A stretch of 64,000 nt of DNA from an uncultured Bacteroidota bacterium. Its GTDB lineage: Bacteria > Bacteroidota > Rhodothermia > Rhodothermales > UBA10348. The position numbers and the translations under genes are program-made. Location: NCBI GenBank assembly GCA_937876355.1, contig CALFHN010000145.1, positions 55,195 to 119,194 on the forward strand, given 5' to 3'. Below the pieces are notes generated by a model. It was not told where the DNA came from, did no database searches, and saw only the letters and a program-made list of their open reading frames with translations. Within the stretch, counting starts at the first letter, position 1, and every line of letters begins with the position of its first letter. Shown here one piece after another: positions 49,035-59,286 of the stretch.

Positions 49035-50746
49035 TGAAAAGGATACTATTTGCATTTTTCTGTGGACTACCTCTGGCCTGTGCGGTACCGGTGCCACCAA
49101 CCGGCGGCCCAGCGGACGCAACTCCTCCGTCCATTGTACGAAGTGTTCCAGAGAATGGAATGACACTTTTTTCGAGTCGAGATCTTGTATTTGAATTCGA
49201 TGAAGCGGTGGACCTACGCTCATTTACGTCGGCTTTTTCTATTTCACCCGACTTAACTGGAATTCCTGAAATTTCAGGATCAGGACGCCGAATCCGTGTT
49301 CGATTACCAGAAGATCCTCGGGCCGAAACCACATACATTGTGTCCCTTGAAGCCACGCTTCGAGATGTCCATAATATTACGTTGGAACGTCCCATCACAA
49401 TCGCTTTTTCAACGGGCGAAAGCATTGACGCCGCCAAAATGAAGGGCCGGGTGGTTCGAAGTCTGGACGGGAATCCGGTGGCTGGGATAGATGTTTTTGC
49501 CTTTGCTAATGACGACTCGTCTTCAACAGCGGGTAAGCCCCTTTACCGAACGCAAACCGGCAAGGCAGGCGAATTTGTTTTTGAGCACGTTGTGGCCCGA
49601 GCTTATTATGTAGTTGCCATTCAGGATCGCAATCGAAATCGTTTGCTTGATCCTGGTGAGCCTTTTGGCGTCCCGCCAGTTCACTATCTGACGGCCGACA
49701 CCGTCGCGGTGGCCCCAAAATTCCCGTGGATTGTAGCAACCAGAGATACAACTCCTCCTACATTAGAACGGGTTCGACACGTATCGCCCCGTGATTTAGA
49801 ATTGCGTTTTTCAGAACTTTTGAGTCTAAAACTGAATGATCAACCGTTTTCAGAACAGCATAATCTGGGGCAGATTGCTGTGTTCGACTCTCTGGATACG
49901 CTTGCCTCAGACCTAGAATTGTACTTTTTGGAGGATAACCCTCGTGCCATTTTTGCACGAGGCGACTCACTTCCAGAGGGATCCTATTCTATTCGGGGAA
50001 GCGTTGCTGTTACCGATTCCAGCTTAAATGTGGCAACGAATATTTCAGCACCATTTATTGTTTCTACTGAGGCGCTGCCTTCAAAAACAGCCTCCTTTTT
50101 GGGATGGATGCCAGATACTGCGGTGGTTTCAATAACGATTCCTCGTACTATTTGGCCAACAGAAACATTTGGTTTTCGTACAACTGCTCCAGTCGATTCC
50201 GTCTTTTCTGCAACCATTCGGGACACCACAGGAACGATCTACCCTGCACTTTTCAAACGAGTCGAATCGACTTTTTTCGCGTTTCAAAAATCTTCCTCCT
50301 TTTCCTTTAATCAACCCTTTTTCTTAGATATCAATCAAAAAGATTTTGGGGGACAAGATTCAGTGATCACCGGTTTTTTTCAATACGCAACGGAGCGAAA
50401 GTTAGGATCACTTTCGTTCGTAGCCGAAAGGCAACCAGGTGCTGACAGGCTCAACTTTATTGTTGAAGGAATGGATTCAGCGAATCAAGCCAAGCGCATT
50501 TTCAGAGTAGTAGAACGTGTAAAAAACACTATCGTGATTAAAGAAATTCCCGGTGGAACGAGAGCTTTTCTGCGCGTATTTCAAAGTGCTCAAAACAATT
50601 GGTTTTCAGGTGAACTATCTCCATGGTCTCCGGCGGAGCCCATTGCCTGGATCAAGGTAAATGACCCTATCCGGGCCCGATGGGAGACGGCCCTTCCAGA
50701 TACTGTTAAATTTGGTGAATGGCCTCTTCCCCCACCCAGACAGTGA
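49034..50746 (+). CDS. Ig-like (Big_5) domain lipoprotein
   Basis: Lipobox LAC followed by PPTGGPADATPP, FEFDE, AFSTG and DRNRN. Confidence 0.82.
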   Translation: MKRILFAFFCGLPLACAVPVPPTGGPADATPPSIVRSVPENGMTLFSSRDLVFEFDEAVDLRSFTSAFSISPDLTGIPEISGSGRRIRVRLPEDPRAETTYIVSLEATLRDVHNITLERPITIAFSTGESIDAAKMKGRVVRSLDGNPVAGIDVFAFANDDSSSTAGKPLYRTQTGKAGEFVFEHVVARAYYVVAIQDRNRNRLLDPGEPFGVPPVHYLTADTVAVAPKFPWIVATRDTTPPTLERVRHVSPRDLELRFSELLSLKLNDQPFSEQHNLGQIAVFDSLDTLASDLELYFLEDNPRAIFARGDSLPEGSYSIRGSVAVTDSSLNVATNISAPFIVSTEALPSKTASFLGWMPDTAVVSITIPRTIWPTETFGFRTTAPVDSVFSATIRDTTGTIYPALFKRVESTFFAFQKSSSFSFNQPFFLDINQKDFGGQDSVITGFFQYATERKLGSLSFVAERQPGADRLNFIVEGMDSANQAKRIFRVVERVKNTIVIKEIPGGTRAFLRVFQSAQNNWFSGELSPWSPAEPIAWIKVNDPIRARWETALPDTVKFGEWPLPPPRQ

Positions 50747-50831
50747 CGCAAACCAGGCACACAACCTAGCCCGAAATGGACAAAAACCCATTCTTCAACA
50801 AGCCTCCGCACTAGCGAAATCGGCATTTCAC

Positions 50832-52496
50832 ATGAGTTTACTTTCTCAAATGACCCCTGTTTTATGCGCTGCTTCCATGCGGAGGGCAGACCAGATCACA
50901 ATCGAACAAATCGGAATTCCCGGATTTACCCTTATGGAGTCCGCCGGCCGGGAAGCTGCCGAAGTTGCTCAAGAAATGATTGAAGTCATTTGTGGTTCGG
51001 AATCTGATGCTGACCTAGGCTGGAGCGGCCGAGACTGGACGGAGAAGGATACCCTAGCTATACCCGCACCTTCAGCGCACATTGTCTGCCTATGTGGCAA
51101 AGGAAACAATGGAGGAGATGGACTGGTGATGGCCCGGTATCTTTCAGGTTATGGACATCAGGTCACGGTACTATTGTTTGCACAAAAAGCGGAATATTCT
51201 GGTGATGCAGCTTTAAATCTTGGCATTCTTGAAAAGGTGGCTGAGAAGCAATCTATTTCCATTACAACGTTTTCAGACATATCGTCCTTGTCGGCGTTGC
51301 CACCATCAGACCTTGTGATTGATGCGTTGGTTGGGACGGGTCTTAATTCCACTATTCGGCAACCACTTTCAGACGTTATATCTTGGGTCAATGCTCAAAC
51401 TGCTCCCGTACTTTCGGTCGATATTCCCTCAGGCTTATCGTCAGATTCCGGTAAAGTTTTGGGGGCGGCCGTCCATGCCCATGTCACCGTGACTTTGGCA
51501 TCGTTAAAACCCGGTCTATTGATTGAAGATGGGCCGGACTATGTTGGGGCCCTTCACGTTGTGGATATCGGCATCCCGCCATTTGTGATTGATTCTAACT
51601 GCCAAGGAGCAGACGAAATCCGGGTGTCCAATGTCTCGTTTGTACGGTCGTGTCTTCCAGAAAAAACGAGAAAGGACCACAAATATTCACACGGACCAAC
51701 TCTCGTTGTGGCCGGTTCAGCTACATTTCCGGGGGCTCCCGTACTGGCTTCTCTAGCAGCCGCAAAGGTTGGGAGTGGGTATGTGGTCTGTATGGGACCG
51801 GCGAACATCCGAACTCTACTTGAAGAAAAACTGACCGAGATCACCGTAGAATCGTGGGAGACCAGCTCGGATTCGGCTGCGCTTCAAGACCTGATCGACA
51901 GGCTTGATTCCAGATGGAAGAAGGCTAAGTCTATGTTGGTAGGGCCAGGCTTGGGACGAGATAAAAATGTTACCCAGCTCGTCAAATTTATGTTGACTTC
52001 GTTTCCAGGGCCCTCAGTTGTCGATGCAGATGCTCTTTATGCCCTTCGAAACGAACAAGAATGGGTCCGCGCGAATTCCTTTGGACGTTGGATATTCACC
52101 CCACACGACGGAGAATACGCTCGGCTTCAAGGATCTGAGGCTAAAAACCCCGATATGAGGCAGGACAGGATTGAAGCGGCCCGTGTATTGGCAAAAGAAT
52201 GGAATGTAATCGTTTTGCTCAAGGGTCAACCATCCATTGTCGCCAATCCAACAGGCCAAGTTGTCATTAACCCGACCGGCAACCCTTCTGTTGGCACCGC
52301 TGGATCCGGCGATGTTTTAAGCGGAATTATTGCGGGGCTTCTAGCGCAGGGAGTTGCACCTTTTCAAAGCGCGATATGCGGAATTCACATCGCAGGAACT
52401 ACTGCTGACCTTTTCGTTGAAGAACACGCTTCCGGCACTTTAATGGCAGGAGATATTGTTCAATTGTTGCCCCGTGCCATGGCTTTATATCGATAG
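50832..52496 (+). CDS. nnr: bifunctional NAD(P)H-hydrate epimerase/dehydratase
   Basis: LMESAG, CGKGNNGGDG, VDIPSG, VGPGLG, DADAL, TPHDGE and TAGSGDVL motifs. Start placed at MSLLSQ. Confidence 0.94.
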   Translation: MSLLSQMTPVLCAASMRRADQITIEQIGIPGFTLMESAGREAAEVAQEMIEVICGSESDADLGWSGRDWTEKDTLAIPAPSAHIVCLCGKGNNGGDGLVMARYLSGYGHQVTVLLFAQKAEYSGDAALNLGILEKVAEKQSISITTFSDISSLSALPPSDLVIDALVGTGLNSTIRQPLSDVISWVNAQTAPVLSVDIPSGLSSDSGKVLGAAVHAHVTVTLASLKPGLLIEDGPDYVGALHVVDIGIPPFVIDSNCQGADEIRVSNVSFVRSCLPEKTRKDHKYSHGPTLVVAGSATFPGAPVLASLAAAKVGSGYVVCMGPANIRTLLEEKLTEITVESWETSSDSAALQDLIDRLDSRWKKAKSMLVGPGLGRDKNVTQLVKFMLTSFPGPSVVDADALYALRNEQEWVRANSFGRWIFTPHDGEYARLQGSEAKNPDMRQDRIEAARVLAKEWNVIVLLKGQPSIVANPTGQVVINPTGNPSVGTAGSGDVLSGIIAGLLAQGVAPFQSAICGIHIAGTTADLFVEEHASGTLMAGDIVQLLPRAMALYR

Positions 52497-52533
52497 GCCT
52501 CCATTATTCGTTTTTTCAGCTTTCCAGCGCCCT

Positions 52534-52905
52534 ATGTCGTTTCGAATTAGACCTCTTACGTTGGCCATTTTATGGACCATCTTTATTATGGTGTTACTTA
52601 CGATCCCGGGAAAATCAATTCCCAGCGTGTCAATTTTCGAATTTGACAAGTTGATTCATGCTGGGTTGTTTTTTGTTTTAACAGTCGCCTGGCTACGGGC
52701 CGTAGCGGGTAGGTATGTTTACAAGGCCGTTCAAGTTGTTGGGGCCATCCTCATTTTTTCATTTGTTTCAGAGTGGTTTCAGGAAGTGTTGCCGATCGGA
52801 AGAACAGCCGATGTTTTTGACGCCGTTGCCGACTCGATTGGGGCCTTAATCGGTCTTGCCACGTGGAGCATTTGGGGCTTTTTCCAAGGGAAGCCAAAAG
52901 AATAA
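52534..52905 (+). CDS. VanZ family protein
   Basis: DKLIHAGLF, SEWFQ and GRTADVFDAVAD motifs. Confidence 0.88.
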   Translation: MSFRIRPLTLAILWTIFIMVLLTIPGKSIPSVSIFEFDKLIHAGLFFVLTVAWLRAVAGRYVYKAVQVVGAILIFSFVSEWFQEVLPIGRTADVFDAVADSIGALIGLATWSIWGFFQGKPKE

Positions 52906-53037
52906 ATTTGAAAGCGTTGGCAACTTGATCGCGTTCTATAGGTCTTTATTGTGAACGTGAGGTTGAGAAACGAAAAAATTGCCATTTATAATCGATGGCA
53001 CGTCGTTTTCACTTTCGATTTCACTAGAGTTGACGTA

Positions 53038-53045
53038 TAATTTTG
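53038..53045 (+). promoter_or_regulatory. Bacteroidota-type -7 promoter element for tonB
   Basis: TAATTTTG about 67 nt upstream of MALRK. Confidence 0.4.
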
Positions 53046-53111
53046 CCTCAGTCTAAATTTTGGACCGATGCTCACGCCAATGGCGACCTAACTAGCGCCC
53101 ACAACAGAAAT

Positions 53112-53771
53112 ATGGCACTTAGAAAAACAGATAAAGCCGATCTTCGAAAAAGGTATCCGCTTTTTGTTCAATCAGGATTGCTAATCGCATTAGTCTTACT
53201 GATTGTCGCGTTCCGTCTCGACTTGAGAGTGAACGAAACGTTTGAAGTAAATCTCTCTGATCAAGAAGTTGTTCAGATGGAAGAAATGGTTCAAACTCAA
53301 CAGGTTGAGAAACCACCCCCACCTCCTCGTCCGCCGGTCCCTGTAGAAGTACCAAACGACGAAGTTTTGGAAGATGATGTGTTGGACCTTGATATGACAC
53401 TCGACATTGACGTCGTACCCGATCTACCACCTCCTCCTCCCCCAAAACAAGACGTAGTAGAAGAAGAACCTGAAATTTTTGTGATTGTAGAGCAATCACC
53501 GGAGCTAATTGGTGGTCTTCCTGGTCTTCAGAAAAAGATCAAATACCCTGAAATTGCGAAAAAAGCCGGAGTGGAAGGCCGCGTATTCTTGCAGTTTGTT
53601 GTTGATGAACAAGGAAATGTACATGACCCGATCGTCACCCGTGGTATTGGAGCCGGTTGTGATGAAGAGGCCATAAAGGCCATTTTGCAAGCCAAATTCA
53701 AACCTGGTAAACAGCGTGGGAAAGCGGTAAAAGTTAAAATGTCGCTTCCAATCACATTTCGCTTGAAATAA
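53112..53771 (+). CDS. tonB: energy transducer TonB
   Basis: N-terminal TM, Pro-rich linker, YPEIAKKAGVEGRV and FKPGKQRGKAV. Start placed at MALRKT. Confidence 0.93.
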   Translation: MALRKTDKADLRKRYPLFVQSGLLIALVLLIVAFRLDLRVNETFEVNLSDQEVVQMEEMVQTQQVEKPPPPPRPPVPVEVPNDEVLEDDVLDLDMTLDIDVVPDLPPPPPPKQDVVEEEPEIFVIVEQSPELIGGLPGLQKKIKYPEIAKKAGVEGRVFLQFVVDEQGNVHDPIVTRGIGAGCDEEAIKAILQAKFKPGKQRGKAVKVKMSLPITFRLK

Positions 53772-53793
53772 TAGCGATTCAGATTGAACAGCT

Positions 53794-53833
53794 TTGGGGT
53801 CGGCGAGCAAAGCTCGCCGACCCCAATTTGTTT
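53794..53833 (+). terminator. intrinsic terminator after tonB
   Basis: TTGGGGTCGGCGAGC-aaa-GCTCGCCGACCCCAA followed by TTTGTTT. Confidence 0.85.
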
Positions 53834-53926
53834 AACGCTATGACGAAATACCTGATTTTTCTCGTATTCAAAGGTGAGTAGGCCGCCTTCCAACTCATTG
53901 ACTTAAACATTGCCGGATCCGTTCAA

Positions 53927-54157
53927 GTGGAACCAAAAAAACAAACAGAGCACTTTGATGCGGTTGTCGATCAATTATTGAGAGACAAAGACTTCTTGTT
54001 GGCACAAGAAATAAAGCACAAGGCAGACGAAATCAATCAACTCCTAGTCCAGGCGCAACGCCAGAAGTTGAAAGTTGAGGCGACGATCTCAAAGCTTGAA
54101 CCCAGTCCCGGAAATACGGTGTCATGGATTGACGTGAAGATATTTAAAGAGATTTAA
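53927..54157 (+). CDS. small hypothetical protein
   Basis: 76-aa helical-looking ORF with GTG start; stop overlaps the convergent gene's stop. Confidence 0.6.
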   Translation: MEPKKQTEHFDAVVDQLLRDKDFLLAQEIKHKADEINQLLVQAQRQKLKVEATISKLEPSPGNTVSWIDVKIFKEI

Positions 54158-55407
54158 TTGTCTTTTCGAAAGACTTCCCCGTCTTTCATTACGAAAACAA
54201 CGTTCCATACTGCTTTGATATCTTGGTCAGGCTTTCCCGTAACGGCCACGAGGTCCGCCAAAAGCCCAGGTTTGATGCTCCCAACACGATCACTAACGTG
54301 AAACGTGCGTGCGTTAACCGATGTGGATGCCCGTAAAACCTGTAAAGGGCTCATCCCGTATTCCACTAGCAGCTCCATTTCTAAAGCATTCTTTCCGTGC
54401 GTGTAAACGCCAACGTCCCCTCCCATTCCGATAGTTACTCCTTCCTCCATAGCCACTTTCATTACCGCTTTTTTAATAGCTATACGTTGGGGTTCGGGGT
54501 CAACTCCCTTTTTCCATCCGGAATACGATGAAATAGACTCAACTGCGGCCAAAGTCGGATACCATACGACACCCCGCTCGGCCATCAATTTAAATACCTC
54601 GCGCGTTCCGCCATCTCCGTGCTCAATGGTTTCCGCCCCGGCCAGAATAGCTCGTCGCATCCCTTCGGCCGTTCCAGCATGGGCCACCATCGGACGCCCA
54701 CTGCTGGCAGCCGTCTCTCTAATTAAAGTTAGTTCGTCAATAGAAAAGGTAGGCATGGCTTCGCCACCCGGTCCCCATCGATAGTCTGCGTAGACCTTGA
54801 TTACGTCGGCTCCGTTGCCAATTTGGTCTCGTGTCACGCGGATTAAATTATCAACTCCGTCAGCTTCTTCGGCGCCTAACGGCACATCAAAGTCCGGATC
54901 AAAACCAGATGGACCGTAACTACCGGTTGCCACCATGGCCTTTCCAGCGACAAGCATTGTGGGTCCGGGAATGATCCCTTTCCGAATTGAAATTTTTAGC
55001 CCTACATCGGAGTAGCCCGCCCCCTCGGATCCTAAATCTCGAACGGTGGTGAACCCAGCCCAAAGGGTCTCTCTTGCGTGCACCGTTCCCCTTGCTACCC
55101 GTTCCGCCTTAGACTCCCTAAGAACTTGATCATTCCACGACGTTTCATTGTAAGGATGTAATAAAAAGTGGGAATGTCCCTCGATAAATCCAGGGGAAAG
55201 TGTAGTCCCAGAAAGACGTATAGTCACATCTCCTTTTAGCGTCGAGACTGGTCCTAATGCCGTTATTCGACGCCCTTCGACAACAACGCCCCATCCTTCG
55301 TGGACATTTTCACCGTCGAAAACACGGTCAGGTACCATTAACGTTGACTGCCCAAACACCCCAGCAGTGATAAATAAACATCCTGCCAGAAAGAGTAATT
55401 GTTTCAT
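54154..55407 (-). CDS. secreted amidohydrolase (Xaa-Pro-dipeptidase-like)
   Basis: PGFIEGHSH, GFTTVRDLG, IKVY, AH, IEHG and GLLADLVAV; signal peptide from MKQLLF. Confidence 0.9.
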   Translation of the reverse strand: MKQLLFLAGCLFITAGVFGQSTLMVPDRVFDGENVHEGWGVVVEGRRITALGPVSTLKGDVTIRLSGTTLSPGFIEGHSHFLLHPYNETSWNDQVLRESKAERVARGTVHARETLWAGFTTVRDLGSEGAGYSDVGLKISIRKGIIPGPTMLVAGKAMVATGSYGPSGFDPDFDVPLGAEEADGVDNLIRVTRDQIGNGADVIKVYADYRWGPGGEAMPTFSIDELTLIRETAASSGRPMVAHAGTAEGMRRAILAGAETIEHGDGGTREVFKLMAERGVVWYPTLAAVESISSYSGWKKGVDPEPQRIAIKKAVMKVAMEEGVTIGMGGDVGVYTHGKNALEMELLVEYGMSPLQVLRASTSVNARTFHVSDRVGSIKPGLLADLVAVTGKPDQDIKAVWNVVFVMKDGEVFRKDN

Positions 55408-55439
55408 TAAAGGTGGTACCTGCGGGTTTTGTAAACAAA

Positions 55440-56066
55440 TCAATCCATTTTATGGGATTGCGGTTTTGCTCCTTCCTGACCGTTCATTTTGCGATTTTTC
55501 ATGCCCTGCATATCCTTCATGCCCTGCATATCCTTCATGCCCTGCATATCCTTCATGCCTTGCATACCCTTCATGCCCTGCATACCCTTCATGCCCTGCA
55601 TACCAGGCATTTCCCCTGGGCCATCGTCGGGAAGTAACGTTAAAAGATACGTAATTACAGCTGATCTTTCCGTTTCCGTGATGGTCAACGGCGGCATTAA
55701 TCCATGTTCTTTAATGGCTTGAGCTGGAAGTAAAGATCGCTCGATTTCGGGTTTGGTCAACCATGAATCAAGTGCGCTTTTTAGCTCCTCAGGAGTGCCA
55801 TATTTCATTGAATAGTGACGAAGAATCATTTTCATGGGTGGGGCAATCGGTTTGCCATTTTCCATTGAAGCCGGAGGATTCAATTGATGACACGTATTGC
55901 ACACCTGATTAAACACGCGTTCTCCTTCGTCAACGGCCCCCATGGGAGGACTAGATTGCCGAAATGCACTTAGAAGCAGCATTGCCAAGAGGGCTACTAA
56001 CAGCACGATCGCAAATCGTATGGAGCCCCCTTTCGGCATGGTTTGATGATGATGAGATACATTCAT
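55440..56066 (-). CDS. monoheme cytochrome c with Met-rich repeat tail
   Basis: Signal/TM, CNTCH, APPM and GLMPP; C-terminal (GMQGMK/DMQGMK) x6. Start is 56066 or 56039. Confidence 0.85.
   Translation of the reverse strand: MNVSHHHQTMPKGGSIRFAIVLLVALLAMLLLSAFRQSSPPMGAVDEGERVFNQVCNTCHQLNPPASMENGKPIAPPMKMILRHYSMKYGTPEELKSALDSWLTKPEIERSLLPAQAIKEHGLMPPLTITETERSAVITYLLTLLPDDGPGEMPGMQGMKGMQGMKGMQGMKDMQGMKDMQGMKDMQGMKNRKMNGQEGAKPQSHKMD
55498..55605. repeat. 18-bp coding tandem repeat x6
   Basis: TTCATGCCCTGCATA(T/C)CC units at 55498, 55516, 55534, 55552, 55570 and 55588. Confidence 0.95.
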
Positions 56067-56369
56067 AATAGTAAGCCCTCTACATATTTTAACGCTTTGG
56101 CCCAACTGTCTGCGGACTTCTAGTGCCCGCAATGCCCTTATTTCTGGGAAGGGTTGCCTATCGTTGTGCCAAGGTTAAATTAACCAAGTCCTTACCTTCA
56201 AACGTTAGGTTCTCGGCCAGGAATCGTGAAGTGGATTACCCTGCAAGGCCGCTCTGATTCAATATCTGCAAGGGGAAATGTCGTGGATTTCCTCGCAAAC
56301 CTGTTTTGTTGAAGCAATCTTAATCTGAGATGCCGTAGATTTCAAAACTCCTAAGTAAAAAGCTAGCTC

Positions 56370-57620
56370 ATGAAGTACGACATTAATCGCGTCAGGACCG
56401 AATTTCCATCTTTATCTGTAACGGACAATGGTGTAGAGCGAGTCTATTTTGACAATCCAGGGGGAACTCAGGTCGCCAAACGAGTCATGACTCGGATGAT
56501 GGACTATTTCACCACGATGAATACGAATGGTGGTGGTGCCTTCATTACCTCTCGACAGTCAGACAACCTACTGGACGAAGCCCACGCTGCCATGGCGGAC
56601 CTAGTTGGGGCGTCAGATCCTGGTGAAATAATATTTGGTCAGAACATGACCACACTTACCCTTCACCTATCTCGCTCCATAGGGAAATCGCTTAAAGCCG
56701 GGGATGAAATTATAGTCACTCGGATGGATCACGACGCCAACATTAGTCCGTGGCTCTTGATGGCTGAGGATCACGGATTAGTCATAAAGTGGCTCGACTT
56801 TAGCCCAGAAACGTATCGCTACGACCTTACTTCGTTGGATGAAGTTTTAAGTTCAAAAACGAAGCTTGTCGCAGTAAATTATGCGTCCAATGCGACTGGA
56901 ACGGTGAACGATGTCAAGGCCATCACAAAAATGGCGCATCAATTTGGAGCTCTGGTGTTCGTCGATGCGGTTCAATTAACGCCACATTTTGTAACCGACG
57001 TGGCAGAAATCGAATGTGATTTTTTAGCTTGCTCCGCGTATAAATTTTACGGGCCGCACCAAGGTTTATTGTGGGCCCGCAGGCCTCTTCTCGAAAAGCT
57101 AAGCCCGTACAAAGTACGCCCGGCTTCGGCGGAACTGCCCCACGCCTATGAAACAGGGACGCAATCTCACGAGGGCATGGCCGGAACGTTGGGCGCCATT
57201 GAACACATGGAGTGGATTGGAATGGAGATGGGAACTGGTGGAGCGACTCGGCGAGACCGAATCGTTTCAGGCTTCAACGCGGTGGCAACATACGAGCGGA
57301 AAATTTGTGAACGATTAATACGAGGGCTAGAAAGTATACAAGGCGTTACTGTACATGGACTTACGGCTGGAAGCGATCTGAATGACCGAGTCCCAACCGT
57401 GGCCATAACAAAAGAAGGTGCTCATCCTAGAGCAATGGCTGAGTCCCTTGGCAAGGCCAACATCTTTGTTTGGGATGGCAACTACTACGCGATCGAGATT
57501 ATCGCTCGATTGGGGCTAACTGACAAAGGTGGGATGCTACGAATTGGCCTAGGACAGTACAATACAGAGGCTGAGGTGGACATGATACTAAACCATCTAG
57601 ACCGGAGATCTTCCTTCTAA
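56370..57620 (+). CDS. cysteine desulfurase-like class V aminotransferase
   Basis: YFDNPGGTQ, DHDAN..PW, VDAVQ, CSAYKFYGPH and ETGT motifs; no obvious catalytic Cys loop. Confidence 0.9.
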   Translation: MKYDINRVRTEFPSLSVTDNGVERVYFDNPGGTQVAKRVMTRMMDYFTTMNTNGGGAFITSRQSDNLLDEAHAAMADLVGASDPGEIIFGQNMTTLTLHLSRSIGKSLKAGDEIIVTRMDHDANISPWLLMAEDHGLVIKWLDFSPETYRYDLTSLDEVLSSKTKLVAVNYASNATGTVNDVKAITKMAHQFGALVFVDAVQLTPHFVTDVAEIECDFLACSAYKFYGPHQGLLWARRPLLEKLSPYKVRPASAELPHAYETGTQSHEGMAGTLGAIEHMEWIGMEMGTGGATRRDRIVSGFNAVATYERKICERLIRGLESIQGVTVHGLTAGSDLNDRVPTVAITKEGAHPRAMAESLGKANIFVWDGNYYAIEIIARLGLTDKGGMLRIGLGQYNTEAEVDMILNHLDRRSSF

Positions 57621-57911
57621 TTAGAGTGAAATCACGCCTTCTATGGCTCCGGCTTGCAGATAATACGATACTATTTCGTCGCTGGACTTTACTTTCACGC
57701 GAGAAGTGATGCTCTGATATTTACCTTTGGATGATGCTTTGATATCCATGTCGTGGCCTTCAAACAACGCTACTAATTTTTCAATTTGCTGCTTTGGGGC
57801 AATAAATTTAAACACATATTCTCCTGGCCAATCATTGTTGTCATCCAGCAATTTCTTAAAATTGTCCCACCATTCTTTAGCTTCGGCTGAAGGGTATTTT
57901 GTCAAGGCCAT
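57621..57911 (-). CDS. DUF493 (YbeD-like) family protein
   Basis: WPGEYVFKFI...SSKGKYQSIT...IEGVISL. Confidence 0.88.
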   Translation of the reverse strand: MALTKYPSAEAKEWWDNFKKLLDDNNDWPGEYVFKFIAPKQQIEKLVALFEGHDMDIKASSKGKYQSITSRVKVKSSDEIVSYYLQAGAIEGVISL

Positions 57912-58053
57912 TTCTGATTTTCGGGTTGCTTAGATGCAGTGCCAATTGTTCTTGGCAAATGCGGGCTTCGCAACCGGGTTCCCCCTTTTGACGTACTTGG
58001 CGAACGTGCGGCGAGACTAGCCGCACACTTACATTAAAAAACGACCACCCATT

Positions 58054-59247
58054 ATGTCGATTTTACCAGATTGGGCACCAAATGTGCACCCCCTGATTGT
58101 CCATTTTCCAATTGCTTTACTTTTTGTCGCGGCGCTCGTCGATACCATTGGATTGGCTTTTAAGGGTGAGTCCATGTGGAAAAACACCGCTTTTTTATTG
58201 TACATGTTTGGCACTCTAGCGGCCGTGGCTGCTTTTTTTGCTGGAAAACAAGCTGCCGATTCGGTCTTTTTGGCTACCGAGGCAAACGCCGTTCTGACCA
58301 ATCATGCAAATATGGCACATTATCTGGTATACTTTTTCGGAGGATACACGGTACTTCGGACGATTTTCTTCTTTTCTAATTTGGAGGGCCGCACCGGAAT
58401 TAGGGCCGTCATGTACCTTCTCGGAGTTGGCGGACTCGTTTTAGTGTGGTCAACTGCGGACCGCGGGGCTGAATTAGTATTCAAATATGGGGTTGGCGTT
58501 GCAGCGGTGGGCGAAGCCGGCACTGAAGTACTTCCGACGTCCGGTTCATCGGAAACCTCCGCTCCTCTGAACAATCAAAAAGGTGGTTGGACTTGGAAAC
58601 CAACGCGCGCAGCGGCTTGGAAAAGCTCGTTATCGACCTACGGAACGGATGGTGGCCTGAACACTTCCATCCAGGACGGAGGAGAATATGGTGATGTGCT
58701 CGCCCTAACCACGACCGGTGATCCGACAATTTTAACTTTTGATTTCCCAATGCAGACCGTTCAAATGGACGCTCGGTTGAACCTAGATGGATTTACCGGA
58801 TCGATTATGTTCGTGCATCACGTTGTCGACGCTGAGAACTACAACTTTGTATCGGTGTCCCATGAAGAGATGAAAATTGGCCGGAGCGAAAATGGGGATA
58901 TGTATCTGCTAGAGAGCAAGCCGTTTAGCCCCAACGGATGGAACAGCTACAGAGTTGTTGCCGACCAAACCCATTTCCGAGCATATGCCGATCAGCTGCT
59001 CGTTACCCACGGACACGGCGATGACCCGGGCTCAGGATGGGTTGGAATCCGGCTAAACGGAACCGGTACGGTACTTTTAGACTTTGTTCAAACGGTTTCT
59101 CTCCGCGGAGAAGGAATGACTGAGGGCATGGGCGAGCCACAAACAGACAAAGAAACACCGTCAGCCACCGGCGCAGCGGCGGCTGCAAAAACACCGGCGG
59201 ATTCAGGCGCATCGGCGGCCGCAGATTCCACGGTCCACGATCACTAG
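58054..59247 (+). CDS. DUF2231-type membrane protein with C-terminal beta-sandwich domain
   Basis: HPLIVHFPIAL, four TMs, TADRGAELVFKYGVGV; beta-rich soluble domain, Ala-rich tail ending HDH. Confidence 0.8.
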   Translation: MSILPDWAPNVHPLIVHFPIALLFVAALVDTIGLAFKGESMWKNTAFLLYMFGTLAAVAAFFAGKQAADSVFLATEANAVLTNHANMAHYLVYFFGGYTVLRTIFFFSNLEGRTGIRAVMYLLGVGGLVLVWSTADRGAELVFKYGVGVAAVGEAGTEVLPTSGSSETSAPLNNQKGGWTWKPTRAAAWKSSLSTYGTDGGLNTSIQDGGEYGDVLALTTTGDPTILTFDFPMQTVQMDARLNLDGFTGSIMFVHHVVDAENYNFVSVSHEEMKIGRSENGDMYLLESKPFSPNGWNSYRVVADQTHFRAYADQLLVTHGHGDDPGSGWVGIRLNGTGTVLLDFVQTVSLRGEGMTEGMGEPQTDKETPSATGAAAAAKTPADSGASAAADSTVHDH

Positions 59248-59286
59248 TGGCCATTTGAGGTTTTCCGACCTTTTGTCTGTGACTTT

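Noticed and set aside
52918-53012. Two partial sigma-54-like motifs upstream of tonB (TGGCAACTTGATCGC, TGGCACGTCGTTTTC)
   Set aside because: Each matches only one half well, and a TAnnTTTG element nearby is a simpler explanation.
53312-53445. C-rich low-complexity runs
   Set aside because: They encode the ordinary proline-rich linker of TonB.
55367-55722. Plus-strand ORFs with CPAYPS / HALHIL / MPCISF repeats
   Set aside because: These are antisense readings of the 18-bp repeat in the cytochrome c gene; the minus-strand frame has the signal peptide and heme motif.
56154-56170. Sigma-54-like TGGCACAACGATAGGC on the minus strand upstream of the cytochrome c gene
   Set aside because: The -12 element does not match TTG(C/A).
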